NCBI GenBank assembly: GCA_027036135.1
Contig: JALVSY010000007.1
Coordinates: 868,880-932,879, forward strand
Direction of reading: 5' to 3'
DNA from: Pyrodictiaceae archaeon
GTDB lineage: Archaea > Thermoproteota > Thermoprotei_A > Sulfolobales > Pyrodictiaceae
Length of the DNA: 64,000 bases
A model generated the notes under the pieces. The model saw only the letters and a list, made by a program, of their open reading frames with translations. It had not been told where the DNA came from and did no database searches. A program made the translations under genes and the position numbers. Shown here in pieces: positions 1-10,640 of the stretch. Within the stretch, counting starts at the first letter, position 1. Every line of letters starts with the position of its first letter.

Positions 1-668
1 AGATAGCAAAGAAGCTGTGGGGAGGCATTGAGGGTAAGAAAGTAGCAGTACAGGGCTATGGCAACGCTGGCTACTATGCTGCAAAGTTCCTATACGAAAT
101 GGGAGCGATAATAGTAGCTGTGAGCGACAGCAAGGGCGGTATCTATAGCAGCAAGGGACTAAACCCAGACGAGGTACTCGAGGTCAAGAAGAGGACAGGC
201 AGTGTGATTAATTACGATAAGGCAGAGAAGAAGATAACTAACGAGGAGCTACTAGAACTCGACGTAGACGTACTAGTACCAGCAGCAATAGAGGACGTGA
301 TAACAGAGCAAAACATGGACAAGATAAAAGCAAAGCTAATCGTGGAGGCAGCAAACGGCCCAACAACAGCAGAAGCAGACGTATACCTAACAACAAAGAA
401 GGGCGTAGTAATAGTGCCAGACATACTGGCAAACGCCGGTGGCGTAATAATGAGTCACATAGAGTGGATGAACAACAGAATGGGCGGCTATATAAGCGAG
501 GAAGAGGCAAAGCGCCGCCTCGAGGAAAAGATGGCACACAACGCTGTAGAAGTATGGGAGTTCTGGCACAAAGAACTAGACCCCAAGAAGCACACAATGC
601 GCGACGCCGCCTACGCACTCGCGGTCAAGCGCGTAATAGAGGCAATGAAGCTACGAGGCTGGCTCTAA
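1..668 (+). CDS. gdhA: Glutamate dehydrogenase, 3' part (truncated by window start)
   Basis: Upstream frame reads VAVQGYGNAG; ORF has VSDSKGG, LVPAAIE, EAANGP and PDILANAGGV motifs. Confidence 0.95.
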   Translation, partial: IAKKLWGGIEGKKVAVQGYGNAGYYAAKFLYEMGAIIVAVSDSKGGIYSSKGLNPDEVLEVKKRTGSVINYDKAEKKITNEELLELDVDVLVPAAIEDVITEQNMDKIKAKLIVEAANGPTTAEADVYLTTKKGVVIVPDILANAGGVIMSHIEWMNNRMGGYISEEEAKRRLEEKMAHNAVEVWEFWHKELDPKKHTMRDAAYALAVKRVIEAMKLRGWL

Positions 669-772
669 GCCCACCGTACTTAATCTTTTTATCTCTTATA
701 ACAATTCATTCCATTCTCTCCCTTATTTTATGTGAGTTGCTCGGTAGAGAAGGCAAGGATTCTAAAACAAGA

Positions 773-1798
773 TTAAGCTGAGATGAAACCGGGCTTAGCT
801 CTCTCTACTACATCCCTGTTGACAAGGTTAGGTGGAACCCTTCCCCTCTTGAACGCTACGAGGTTCTCCAGCACAGCACATGCCATTGCCTCTCGGGCCT
901 TGTGAGTGGCACTGCCAATATGTGGAGCTAGTACAACATTAGGGAGCCTTGTTAGTGGATGATCTGGTGGTAGTGGCTCTTCCTCGAAGACATCAAGAGC
1001 TGCAGCAGCTATCCAGCCCTCTTTCAACGCCTTGACTAGTGCACTGGTATCTACTACTGCTCCTCTAGCAGTGTTAACCAGTATCGCTGTTGGCTTCATT
1101 AGTCTTAGCTCTGGTTCTCGGATCATGTACCTAGTCTCAGGCGTAAGAGGTACATGAATTGACACTATATCAGATTCTCTTAGAAGCACATAGAGAGGGA
1201 CATACTCCGCGTTCAACTCTTTTTCGATATCTCTTGGCGCCCTTGAGCGGCTATAGTAGAGGACCCGCATACCGAAGCCCTTGGCTCCTATCCTGGCAAC
1301 AGCTCTCCCTATCCTACCGAAGCCGATAATTCCCAATGTTTTTCCGCGAAGCTCATATCCCAGCATGAGTTCAGGGTGCCAGCCTGTGCCGCTTCTCCTC
1401 CACTCACCTGACCTAACGTACGAGTCTGCCTTCACTATGTTACGGGCTGCAGTGAGGATAAGGCCCCAAGTAAGCTCAGCAACTGCTTCTGTTAATACAT
1501 CAGGTGTATTGGTAACGTATACGCCATGTTTAGTAGCGCATTCAACATCGATATTATCATAACCCACAGCATACTGAGCTACTATGCGTAATCTGTTCTT
1601 AGTACCTTCCTCAATAACTTTGCAATCTACTTTATCTGTTAGCAAGGAGACAATACCATCAACAACTCTAGCTTTTTCGACTAGAACATCATGCGGAGGA
1701 TGCCTCCACTCAGGCCACACCTCTGCATCGAATTCCTCAAGCATTCTCTCGAAACACGGCCCTGGGAGCCTGCGAGTAATGAAAATTTTTGGCCTCAT
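773..1798 (-). CDS. gyaR: Glyoxylate reductase (D-2-hydroxyacid dehydrogenase)
   Basis: AVGYDNID, GIIGFGRIG, NTARG, LDVFEEEP and PHIGSAT motifs; start taken at MRPKIF. Confidence 0.9.
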   Translation of the reverse strand: MRPKIFITRRLPGPCFERMLEEFDAEVWPEWRHPPHDVLVEKARVVDGIVSLLTDKVDCKVIEEGTKNRLRIVAQYAVGYDNIDVECATKHGVYVTNTPDVLTEAVAELTWGLILTAARNIVKADSYVRSGEWRRSGTGWHPELMLGYELRGKTLGIIGFGRIGRAVARIGAKGFGMRVLYYSRSRAPRDIEKELNAEYVPLYVLLRESDIVSIHVPLTPETRYMIREPELRLMKPTAILVNTARGAVVDTSALVKALKEGWIAAAALDVFEEEPLPPDHPLTRLPNVVLAPHIGSATHKAREAMACAVLENLVAFKRGRVPPNLVNRDVVERAKPGFISA

Positions 1799-1884
1799 GT
1801 AGTCTTCCCTCGCCTCCGCGGAACTGCATAGATAGTAGAGACTAAAATCAGTATCATGTTGCAACATGCCTAATTGATGCAACC

Positions 1885-2730
1885 CTATGGTGGAGATAAT
1901 ATATGTACAAAGCCGGCATGATCCGGCACTATCCTGAGCACGCCTTCCAGGGACTCTATTTCGCCCTTAACTATGACTCTAGAACCTGTGGGTATCTCCA
2001 TGTATCTTAGCCTAAACGTCATCATATGTATGTACTCCAGCCTAGTAGGTAGCGCTACATCTGTGCCGAGAATCCTCCTTATTCTCATTAAGTAGAAAGC
2101 TGGAGTGGAAAAACTAATCGAAGAAACGATATCAGCCTCAAGCACAGCTTCTCCAAGAACCTTTATAGGTGTACAACGTGCGGGCTTAGTGCAATATACT
2201 AAGCGCATATTATACTCAAACCCCTTATAGCGGCCAAAAAGTAAGCGCTGACTAGCTATAGCATTGTTTAAGTAGTAATCGCTGTTACTCCACGCATGCC
2301 CCCTGCCACGGAAAGGAAGAGTAATACCATCCTTTCTCAAGTCGCGGAGCGCTTTATAGACACGCTCTATACGTGGCCCGTAAGCCACGAGGTCTATGTC
2401 CTCTGCGTTCCTTGGGTCATAGGCTAAGCTCCCAGTCACACCTACTAGGTCCTCTCCCTCAGCTGACAAGTACTCCAAGAAGTCTAGAGCAGCTTTACAA
2501 AGCTTTGAAGAGCACATAGTCTTCAGACTTTTTGCAGCCCTAATGGGTGACAATAGCCTAGCATTACCCGGATGGGCTATAAATGCTCTTCTCCCACCCA
2601 GGCAGGGATGCCTAACTAAATTAAGACCTTGATCCAAGTGACTAGCTATGATCGGCTTATGTACTTTTTTCCCGGAGACCACTCTTGGTACGAAGAAGAA
2701 GCCAGGCAGTGGGTGAAAACAGCCTTTCAC
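1885..2730 (-). CDS. Predicted nucleotidyltransferase-domain protein (start may lie slightly upstream)
   Basis: GVTGS-x8-EDIDL Pol-beta-type motif; C-terminal OB-like beta region. Confidence 0.65.
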   Translation of the reverse strand: MKGCFHPLPGFFFVPRVVSGKKVHKPIIASHLDQGLNLVRHPCLGGRRAFIAHPGNARLLSPIRAAKSLKTMCSSKLCKAALDFLEYLSAEGEDLVGVTGSLAYDPRNAEDIDLVAYGPRIERVYKALRDLRKDGITLPFRGRGHAWSNSDYYLNNAIASQRLLFGRYKGFEYNMRLVYCTKPARCTPIKVLGEAVLEADIVSSISFSTPAFYLMRIRRILGTDVALPTRLEYIHMMTFRLRYMEIPTGSRVIVKGEIESLEGVLRIVPDHAGFVHILSPP

Positions 2731-2777
2731 AAAACCTATGATGCCGTGTAGCCTAACTATCCAGGAATCTGTTGGCG

Positions 2778-3320
2778 CTATATCCTTGCACAGGTTGGTG
2801 CCTCCCTCCTTGCACAGAGCGTTATAGCCTCATATGTTTTCCTTATAGCGTTGGACACATGTCTGAGAAGATATATGAGCTGAGGCAGGTTCTCTATAAT
2901 GGCCTTTCTATCCAGGGCACTAAACTTCTTGCAGTAATTCCACCTACATAGCTTTACGTCTGTGCCGCTTATCTCTAGCCTTGCGTGTCCTCGGTGAAAG
3001 AATATCTTTCCATCACGAAGAGATATCACTGTCTCCGGCTTCACGCGTATAAAGAAGAACCCGTTATTGTGCTCGTATATCCTCCAGGTAATACACAGCG
3101 CCTTTATTCTTCCCTCCGGCTTCTTCTCGTCAGCTATGCACTTTAACCGCCTAAGAGCAGTCGATAACGACTCAAGGCTATCGGACAAGCTGCTTAATAC
3201 CGTGTTTGCTCTGCTCTCAAGCAACGACTCTGCCGGCTTTATAGCACCTCTTATCCTCTGAGCAACCGTGCCAAGAACCGATGCTAGCTCCTCTAGCCTC
3301 TCAGTGCTCATCTTGCGCAC
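2778..3320 (-). CDS. Hypothetical protein
   Basis: 180-aa ORF within a co-oriented gene run. Confidence 0.6.
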   Translation of the reverse strand: MRKMSTERLEELASVLGTVAQRIRGAIKPAESLLESRANTVLSSLSDSLESLSTALRRLKCIADEKKPEGRIKALCITWRIYEHNNGFFFIRVKPETVISLRDGKIFFHRGHARLEISGTDVKLCRWNYCKKFSALDRKAIIENLPQLIYLLRHVSNAIRKTYEAITLCARREAPTCARI

Positions 3321-3363
3321 CCACGCCTCCCAGTCTAAGGATTCAGTTATAAAAGCAGCTCTA

Positions 3364-3861
3364 TCAGCGCGGCACTGAGCCTACCCTTTCTCCCTGATAC
3401 AAGCCCGAGTATATGCTAGGCGAGGATGGCTCAACGCGGACAAGTACTAGCTGGGCTACTCTCGCTCCTCGCTCAAGTCTTATTCCTTTATCGTTTCCAA
3501 CAACTAAGAGCGCCTCTCCACGGCCACGGTATCCGGGATCCCAGAACCCACATGATAGGTGAGCACCCATTCGTAGAAGGGAGCTTCTAGGCATACACAA
3601 CCCTATAGCCGTTGATGGTACCTCGACAATGTCCTTAAATACTATCTTGTAGAAGCCCCTCCCTAAGAGCCACCACCCGCCTCTAGGCTCTAAGGCCTTG
3701 GTACGTGGCAATATGCGGTCCCTTACACCGAGGATACCCTCATCCATAAAGACATGTACCTCATCTACGCGGAGATCTATACCAGCTGGCTGAATTTGCT
3801 CAGCCCTTGCAGAAGGCACTGCACGCGATAACAGGTATCCTGGGAGCGCCATAGCTAGCAC
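3364..3861 (-). CDS. Trimeric dUTPase / dCTP deaminase family protein
   Basis: QPAGIDL, PRSSL, WDPGYRG, RVAQLV and YSGLYQG motifs. Confidence 0.9.
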   Translation of the reverse strand: MLAMALPGYLLSRAVPSARAEQIQPAGIDLRVDEVHVFMDEGILGVRDRILPRTKALEPRGGWWLLGRGFYKIVFKDIVEVPSTAIGLCMPRSSLLRMGAHLSCGFWDPGYRGRGEALLVVGNDKGIRLERGARVAQLVLVRVEPSSPSIYSGLYQGERVGSVPR

Positions 3862-3956
3862 CTCTCCGTAACCCCTAGCCCTTGAGAAAGCTTGTAGGAT
3901 GCAAGAGAAGCCGGATTAAGGCTAAGGGCTCAACCCCTTGTAGAGGGGACGTCTAG

Positions 3957-4322
3957 GTGCCCTACGGCGTCTGCGTCTCAAAATGGGTCTCGGTAGCACT
4001 AAAGCTCTCCTCGCCCCATATACCAGGCGAGGCGCTTCATGGCCACGACTACCGGGTCAAGGTCTGTATTGAGGGCGAGCTAGGCGAGGACAACAAGGTT
4101 GTAGATCACTTAGAACTCCTGGTGCAACTAGATGATTGCCTTAAAGAGATAAATTATCGTTACCTCAACGAGGTCCTAGGGACGCAAAACCCTACAGCCG
4201 AGCTCCTTGCAAAGAGGATAGCCGAGTGTATATCGAGCAAGAATATCTTGAGAGGCAATAAGGTAGTACTTGTGGAGGCGTGCACTGCTTCCGAGCTATG
4301 CTCCTATTATAAGCCCCCGTAA
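3957..4322 (+). CDS. queD: 6-carboxy-tetrahydropterin synthase / PTPS family
   Basis: LHGHDY, YLNE and NPTAELLA motifs. Confidence 0.8.
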   Translation: MPYGVCVSKWVSVALKLSSPHIPGEALHGHDYRVKVCIEGELGEDNKVVDHLELLVQLDDCLKEINYRYLNEVLGTQNPTAELLAKRIAECISSKNILRGNKVVLVEACTASELCSYYKPP

Positions 4323-4387
4323 GCGTGTAGCAGCATTATATGTGATAAAGGGTAGCTTGGGTAATAGCTTTACTCTCGGGGAACATC

Positions 4388-5218
4388 TTGGAGAGCAGGG
4401 TGAGCATAGAGCGATTATCGACGGGAGTAGAGGGGTTTGACAAGCTCATACAGGGAGGGATTCCCCGTGGATTCTTTGTAGCAGTAGTAGGGGAACCTGG
4501 CACAGGTAAGACTATTTTCTCGATACACTTTATAGCTGAGGGTATACGTGTAGGTGATAAGAATATCTATGTAACGACAGAGGAGTCCAAGGAGAGTATA
4601 ATAAAACAAGCAGCTATGTTTGGCTTTGACTTTGAGCGGGCAATTAGGGAAGGCAAGCTAGTAATAATCGATGCCCTGATGGGGTATAGGGATGATCCAT
4701 GGAGTTTAGTAGAGCTAGACGTTGATCACTTAGTCAATAAGATTATTGAGGCAAAGAAGTACCTGGGATATGGGAGAGCAAGACTAGTCATAGACTCTAT
4801 GTCAGCTTTCTGGCTCGATAAGCCAGCTATGGCAAGGCGCTACAGTTACTATGTGAAACGGGTCCTCTATAGATGGGACTTCACAGCACTGCTCACAAGT
4901 CAGTACGCGGTGACAACAAGTCTTGGCTTCGGGTTCGGAATAGAACACGTAGCTGATGGAATTATAAGGTTTAGGAAAGGCATCGTTAGAGGAGAGCTAA
5001 GAAGGTACGTCATAATAGAGAAGATGAGGCAGACAGAGCATAGTCTAAGGATGCACGAAATAGAGATAATAAATGGCCGAGGGATGAGAATTAAGGCGCC
5101 AACTGCTTACCGCAAGGAGGATACAGTTCTTCCGACAAGTGTTGCTGCACGAATGCTTGCAGCAGAGCTAAGAAAGCTCCTAGAGATACCGGAGACAGAG
5201 CATGACGAGGAAAACTGA
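4388..5218 (+). CDS. KaiC-like RecA-superfamily ATPase
   Basis: STGVEGFD, GEPGTGKT, LVIDS, EHVADGII, EKMR. Confidence 0.9.
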   Translation: MESRVSIERLSTGVEGFDKLIQGGIPRGFFVAVVGEPGTGKTIFSIHFIAEGIRVGDKNIYVTTEESKESIIKQAAMFGFDFERAIREGKLVIIDALMGYRDDPWSLVELDVDHLVNKIIEAKKYLGYGRARLVIDSMSAFWLDKPAMARRYSYYVKRVLYRWDFTALLTSQYAVTTSLGFGFGIEHVADGIIRFRKGIVRGELRRYVIIEKMRQTEHSLRMHEIEIINGRGMRIKAPTAYRKEDTVLPTSVAARMLAAELRKLLEIPETEHDEEN

Positions 5219-5270
5219 GGATACTTTCTAAAGCCTATCCAGGCCGCATCAGCCCCTGGGAGCGACAGGA

Positions 5271-5711
5271 TTGCGGCGCCAAGCAACGCTCTATGTAAGA
5301 TGGGGGAAAGGAGGACTAGAACTAGAGCCGAGCACTCAAACATTGATTATTAGGGCAAAGAACTATGAAATCATGCTTGAGCCCCGCTCTATATTAATTA
5401 GCGGCAAATACAGTGGGAAGAGAGAAATAGAGCATATAAATAGGAAAACAATATTCATAGATTTCGCCGAGAAGGTTGAGCCCCTTAATCCCCCGAGAAT
5501 AGACATATCGGCGCGTAACTATGTTGGCAACTTCGAGGTCATCTATACCGATCTAGGGTTCGAACACTATCTAACAATAATAACGCCGGCAGAGCACCTA
5601 TACGATTATGCTGTTCTAACAACAGAGGAGTTCATGGTATATATGCAGGCTAAACGCCAAGTCTTCTACGAAGAAGAGCCTTTTGAGAAAATAATACTCT
5701 ACATAAAGTAA
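5271..5711 (+). CDS. Hypothetical protein
   Basis: 146-aa ORF downstream of the KaiC-like gene. Confidence 0.6.
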   Translation: MRRQATLYVRWGKGGLELEPSTQTLIIRAKNYEIMLEPRSILISGKYSGKREIEHINRKTIFIDFAEKVEPLNPPRIDISARNYVGNFEVIYTDLGFEHYLTIITPAEHLYDYAVLTTEEFMVYMQAKRQVFYEEEPFEKIILYIK

Positions 5712-6036
5712 GACGCATCAAGGGGACTAGCGCGCTATGGTTTTCCTCGCTCCTGTATTCTCCTCTCTATGTAGTTCAGGGTAGCACCTATTAGGTCCAA
5801 AGAAGAGGGTCACGTAAGAAAACACTCATCCACTATTGTTACCCGCGTATAGCAATCGGTTAGGATACCCGCTTAGGTGCTATGGCTCTCTCATTGTCAC
5901 CGAACCGACAAGTGGAATAGAAAATTCTACCTAAGACTAATCTAGTAATATCAGAGTATACTAGGACTCGGGTCTTCTCTTTCTATGAATCCAGATTAGA
6001 GTAGGGTGGTACAAATATAGTGTTTAGGGGTCAGCA

Positions 6037-9006
6037 GTGAGTACAAGGACTGACTACCAGCAATTAGAGCTTATAAAGAAGAGCCTCTTCGAGCCTAGCG
6101 CTGAGGACGAGGCTAAGAGGCTGCTTCTCCGCGAGATCTACGAAGTAGTGGTAAAGGCTTATCGGGAAAGGGCTCCTAACGATGGCTTATTGGCTCCGCT
6201 ACCTGACTGTGTCCGGAAGGCGTTGGAGACTGGTATGCCTTGTAGCGAGGACATGGGGTTTACCTATAACGCGATACGCGTACTGATGGCTAGGTATCTT
6301 ACCAGGGACGAGTATGGCCGCTACCTCGAGACTCCTAGCATGGTTATGCGGCGTGTGGCAGAGGGGTTCCGGGAGAGGGTTGACAGGGAGCAGTTGTATA
6401 GGATACTGATAGAGCGGCGCTTCGTGTTCAACTCACCTACGCTGTTCAACATGTATTGTGACGGAGCCCGGGGCACGCTAAGTGCTTGCTACGTTACCCC
6501 TGTCTACGATGATATGCGTGCCATAATGGATGCTGCTACGGTGCAGGCCCTGACCTTTAAGTGGGGTGGTGGCCAGGGCTTCAGCTTCAGCGAGCTAAGG
6601 CCACGCTGGGACATCGTCCGCGGCACCAGCGGCTACGCCTCCGGGCCCCTGAGCTTCATGCGCATCTTCGATACAGTGACCGAGATGGTGAAGCAGGGTG
6701 GTAAGCGCCGAGGAGCCAACATGGGGATAATGCACGCGTGGCACCCCGACATCTACAACCCCTGGTTCAACCCCTGGCACGCCCTGAGAAACACGTTGCC
6801 GCCCCAGCTACAAGCCCTCATAGACTCCGTGAAGCGATTAATCGAGTTCCTCGAGAAAGAGGGCTACGAGGTTGACCCAGCGTTTAAGGAGATGGTTGAG
6901 AAGCTTAGCGAGCCCGGGCCCAGCACGGTTGAGGACGCTGGCTTCATACAGGCCAAGGAGCCCCCGCTACAGGATGCCAACCTCACCAACTTCAACATAA
7001 GCGTCGGCGCCAACGACGCCTTCATGGAGGCTGTGCTAAGGGGCGAGGACTGGTGGATGGTTAACCCCCGGTTCAGCCGGGACCCCGGGACAGGTGTCTA
7101 TCGGCTACACCACACAGTCTCCCGGGCCACGGGTCTGGGCCGCCTAGGCGAGCTAATCGAGAAGCACCCCTGGCTCCTAGGGAGCCCCTACCTCAACATC
7201 TACGAAGACCTACTAAGCGAGGCCAAGGCCAAGGCACTAGAGGAGGCCAAGCGGGCCGGGTACACACCCGACCAGAAGAACCCCTACACGTGGCACATCC
7301 CCGCCCGAGAACTATGGGATAGGATAGTTGAGAACGCCTGGGCAGGCGGCGACCCTGGGCTCTTCTTCCCAGACAATCACAACAAGTGGAACCCCACCCC
7401 ATGGCTAGGAGCAGTCTACGGAACCAACCCATGCGGTGAACAGCCTCTCTACCCCTTTGAGTCATGCAACCTAGGCTCCATGAGCCTAGAGAAGTATGTG
7501 AGTAATGGAAGGTTTGATGTAGACAAGTTTATGCATGATGTACAAGTAGTCGTTGACGCGATGGACGCCGTTATTGATTATAACAGGCACCCCGACGAGA
7601 GACAAGTCAAGGCCAACAAGTTTACCCGGAAAATCGGCCTAGGCGTGATGGGGCTCGCGGATGCATTGGCCAAGCTCGGCTACCCCTATGACAGCGACGA
7701 GGCAGTCGCGTTCACGCTGATAGTCATGGCCGCCCTGGAGGTGTTTAGCTGGAAGAGGAGCTGGGAGCTCGGGGCCAAGCTCGGCCACGCCCCCGCCTAT
7801 GAGTGTAAGAGATACGACTGGCGGAACATGAAGTGCATGGAGAAGGGCGACCCCGAGGAACTCGTAGAGCTGCACACACCCGCTCTAGTCAAGGCAGCTA
7901 GGGTCATGAGCATAGAGGGTGATTGGGTCAAGATCAAGTACCACGATGTTGAGTTGCCCAGCGACGTGGCTAGGCACGTTGTCGGCGAGGCCAGAGAGAG
8001 GGTGGAGAACAGAGGTACCGTGAGGCTCGTCCCCGCGAGCGTCCTGGAGAAGGTCGCTAGGGGGGTCTTCGGGGTCACAAGGGAGGATTACTGGAAAGCC
8101 CTACAGATGAGCCCAGTAATGGTTGCTAATAGCCCGCGACACCTACTAGCACTAGCAATCTACAACCCTGAAGCCGCCTGGGAGCTACTCAAGACCTATG
8201 GTAGGCTGCTGGGGGCCAGGGCTCCCCGGAACACCGTTATGACCACCGTGGCCCCGACCGGCACCATAAGCATCATTGCCGGGACTAGTAGCGGTATCGA
8301 GCCCTACTTCGCCCTCGTCTACAAGAGAAAAGTGACTGTGGGAGAGTTCCTGGAGGTAGTGAGGCCGTTCCGCTCAAAGCTACTAGAGGCGGCCAGGAAG
8401 CACAACGTGCCAGAGCACGTGGTAGAGAGGATATACGAGATAATAAGCAGGCACAAGGGCTCGCTGCGCTGGGCTCTGGAAGAGGTACGGGACTACCTGC
8501 TACAAGAGGGGTTCCAGAACGGCTTCTTAGCAGAGATAGAGCGCCTAGCCAAACTCTTCCCGATGAGCATGGACTTCGACGTATGGTACCACCTAGCCCA
8601 CCAGATAGCGGCACAACTCTACGTAGACCAGGCAATCAGCAAGACCGTGAACCTCAGAAAGGAGGCAAGCAAGGACGAGGTATACACAGCCTACCTAGTC
8701 GCGTGGCTAGGAGGCCTCAAAGGAGTAACAGTGTACAGGGACGAAAGCAAAGGAGTACAAGTAATATACTTCGGAGGAGAACAGAAAGCAATACCAAGCA
8801 TACCCGTAAGAAAAAAGAAGCATGTAGAGAAAAAAGCAAAAAGAAAGATGAGAATGATACACCTAAAGAAGAGAATGAAGCTCTCAGAACTAGAGATGGA
8901 TGAAAAAGCGAGCGAGCTATTCGAAGCAAAAGTCGTTGAAACGGCTAGCGGAGAAGTTGTCGTAGAGCTAACAGAGAATAGCACATGTAAGACATGCGAG
9001 ATCTAA
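6037..9006 (+). CDS. nrdJ: Class II (adenosylcobalamin-dependent) ribonucleotide reductase
   Basis: NSPTL, LSACY, QGGKRRGA, TNPCGEQ, SCNLGS, APTGT, DQAISKT, LKGVTVYRD, C-terminal CxxC. Confidence 0.93.
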   Translation: MSTRTDYQQLELIKKSLFEPSAEDEAKRLLLREIYEVVVKAYRERAPNDGLLAPLPDCVRKALETGMPCSEDMGFTYNAIRVLMARYLTRDEYGRYLETPSMVMRRVAEGFRERVDREQLYRILIERRFVFNSPTLFNMYCDGARGTLSACYVTPVYDDMRAIMDAATVQALTFKWGGGQGFSFSELRPRWDIVRGTSGYASGPLSFMRIFDTVTEMVKQGGKRRGANMGIMHAWHPDIYNPWFNPWHALRNTLPPQLQALIDSVKRLIEFLEKEGYEVDPAFKEMVEKLSEPGPSTVEDAGFIQAKEPPLQDANLTNFNISVGANDAFMEAVLRGEDWWMVNPRFSRDPGTGVYRLHHTVSRATGLGRLGELIEKHPWLLGSPYLNIYEDLLSEAKAKALEEAKRAGYTPDQKNPYTWHIPARELWDRIVENAWAGGDPGLFFPDNHNKWNPTPWLGAVYGTNPCGEQPLYPFESCNLGSMSLEKYVSNGRFDVDKFMHDVQVVVDAMDAVIDYNRHPDERQVKANKFTRKIGLGVMGLADALAKLGYPYDSDEAVAFTLIVMAALEVFSWKRSWELGAKLGHAPAYECKRYDWRNMKCMEKGDPEELVELHTPALVKAARVMSIEGDWVKIKYHDVELPSDVARHVVGEARERVENRGTVRLVPASVLEKVARGVFGVTREDYWKALQMSPVMVANSPRHLLALAIYNPEAAWELLKTYGRLLGARAPRNTVMTTVAPTGTISIIAGTSSGIEPYFALVYKRKVTVGEFLEVVRPFRSKLLEAARKHNVPEHVVERIYEIISRHKGSLRWALEEVRDYLLQEGFQNGFLAEIERLAKLFPMSMDFDVWYHLAHQIAAQLYVDQAISKTVNLRKEASKDEVYTAYLVAWLGGLKGVTVYRDESKGVQVIYFGGEQKAIPSIPVRKKKHVEKKAKRKMRMIHLKKRMKLSELEMDEKASELFEAKVVETASGEVVVELTENSTCKTCEI

Positions 9007-9075
9007 AGGATTTATTCATAACCTTAACTTGTTTCACTCAATAATACTTACTCCTCTACCTTATCCCAAGGGTTT

Positions 9076-9960
9076 TTGGCTCCATCCTCCCCGTTAGGAG
9101 ACGTCTTTATGCGAACCAGTAGTGATGCGGTTATTCTACTTAACGTTTATGGTTGGCCCCGCATGGTTGTTGTCGCTGTCAAGGTCAGCCAGGGCAAGAC
9201 GTTCCTTAAGTCTGTGGAGCACTATGCCAGAGAGTACCCGTTCTGGGACGCTGTTGCATGGGCCGTACTGGCTGTTGACACTCCTTGCCTGGAGAGGCAG
9301 GGGTATGAGAGCGTACTGGAACATGTAGTTATCCAGTTCGTTGCCCGCTGCAGCAGGATATGCACACATGAGCTGGTTAGGCACCGCTTGGCGAGCTATG
9401 CGCAGACCAGTACCCGTGTGCTCGGGCTAGAGGGCTTCCGGCCAGATGACCGCGGCGCTGGTAGCCTCTACCCCCTAGTGGCCCGGGCCGCTGAGGGCGA
9501 CACGGAGGCTCTTCAAGTACTCTGCGTGATACCGGAGACTCACCGGGACAACGTCATCAGCGCGTGCAGAGAGTACATGAGGCGCGTAGTAGAGGCCCAG
9601 GGCAAGGGCATAGACCAGGGGCTCCGCTACGCCCAGCCCGACGCCCTAGCTGCACACATACTCGTCACGACAAACCTGCGCGAATACCTCCACATGGCCG
9701 CGATGAGGCTTCATCCCCACGCCCACTGGGAGATACGGCGACTCTTCGAAGAAACAGCCTATAAGCTGTGGATAGAACACCGTGTTCCAGTCCACCTAAT
9801 GCTGCTCCTCAAAAGACCGGGGCTCGCAAAAGTACGCAACGACCTAGTCGCCGCGGCTCTTGAAGAGCTTCAAACAATAACATCAAGAATTGAAGATATT
9901 CATGCCAAAAAACTCGAAGCATTAGCTAAGAGCATCCTCCATAATCAAGCGACGGCATAG
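9076..9960 (+). CDS. thyX: FAD-dependent thymidylate synthase
   Basis: RHRLASYAQTSTR signature, NLRE, AHWEIR. Confidence 0.9.
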   Translation: MAPSSPLGDVFMRTSSDAVILLNVYGWPRMVVVAVKVSQGKTFLKSVEHYAREYPFWDAVAWAVLAVDTPCLERQGYESVLEHVVIQFVARCSRICTHELVRHRLASYAQTSTRVLGLEGFRPDDRGAGSLYPLVARAAEGDTEALQVLCVIPETHRDNVISACREYMRRVVEAQGKGIDQGLRYAQPDALAAHILVTTNLREYLHMAAMRLHPHAHWEIRRLFEETAYKLWIEHRVPVHLMLLLKRPGLAKVRNDLVAAALEELQTITSRIEDIHAKKLEALAKSILHNQATA

Positions 9961-9984
9961 TATGTCTTAACGGGAATAACCTAG

Positions 9985-10197
9985 TTATTTTTGTTGTTTC
10001 AGTGCAGCAAGTATAGATGAGCGAAACTCTTCTAGCGTCATTTCTTCTCGGTGCTTTGGTAATTTTATTAGCAGTACCTTGTTTCCAGAAAGCGCTCTGA
10101 TCTCATCATGATCCTTAAACCGGTATACATCTATTTGTTTTAACTTGAGCTCCTCTAACACCCTTTTGTAGGGCGTGAATTTTCTCCCGGTTGGCAT
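9985..10197 (-). CDS. Small hypothetical protein
   Basis: 70-aa ORF with ATG and an upstream TATA-like sequence. Confidence 0.55.
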   Translation of the reverse strand: MPTGRKFTPYKRVLEELKLKQIDVYRFKDHDEIRALSGNKVLLIKLPKHREEMTLEEFRSSILAALKQQK

Positions 10198-10393
10198 ACC
10201 TTGCTCCCGGGGAGATGCGAATCGTGTGTGGGTAGCTTTTAAGGCCTCCTCGCCTCATTAGCTATAATCAATATTGTAATCACGTGTTTATCTATGTTTT
10301 GCTGTGTGCCGAGAAAAAGATATAAATTATAGTAGACGTTCTCACATAAAACGAGCAAATATGATATAAAAGCGATATGAGTGGTGAATCTCT

Positions 10394-10615
10394 ATGAGTG
10401 TAGCTTCAGCGATTTATGTACGTGTGCCACGTGATCTTCTACAAGAGTTCGATAAGGCAGCCCAGCTTCATGGTCTTTCCCGTAGCGAGGCCATTAGAGA
10501 AGCTATGAAGCTCTACATAAGATTCGCTAAGGCACCTGAAGTTAAGAAGCTTCGTGGAATTGCAGAGGCTAACGTGAACCCCGAGGATATAGACAAGTTT
10601 GTTCTACCTGGCTAA
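10394..10615 (+). CDS. Ribbon-helix-helix (CopG) antitoxin
   Basis: IYVRVP...FDKAAQLHGLSRSEAIREAM; GAGTGGTGA ribosome-binding site; precedes PIN gene. Confidence 0.85.
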   Translation: MSVASAIYVRVPRDLLQEFDKAAQLHGLSRSEAIREAMKLYIRFAKAPEVKKLRGIAEANVNPEDIDKFVLPG

Positions 10616-10640
10616 TCACGTATAAGAGGGGTGATCATGA

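Noticed and set aside
6700-8300. Inteins in the RNR
   Set aside because: No C/S...HN-C/S/T splice junctions or LAGLIDADG motifs seen in the inserts.
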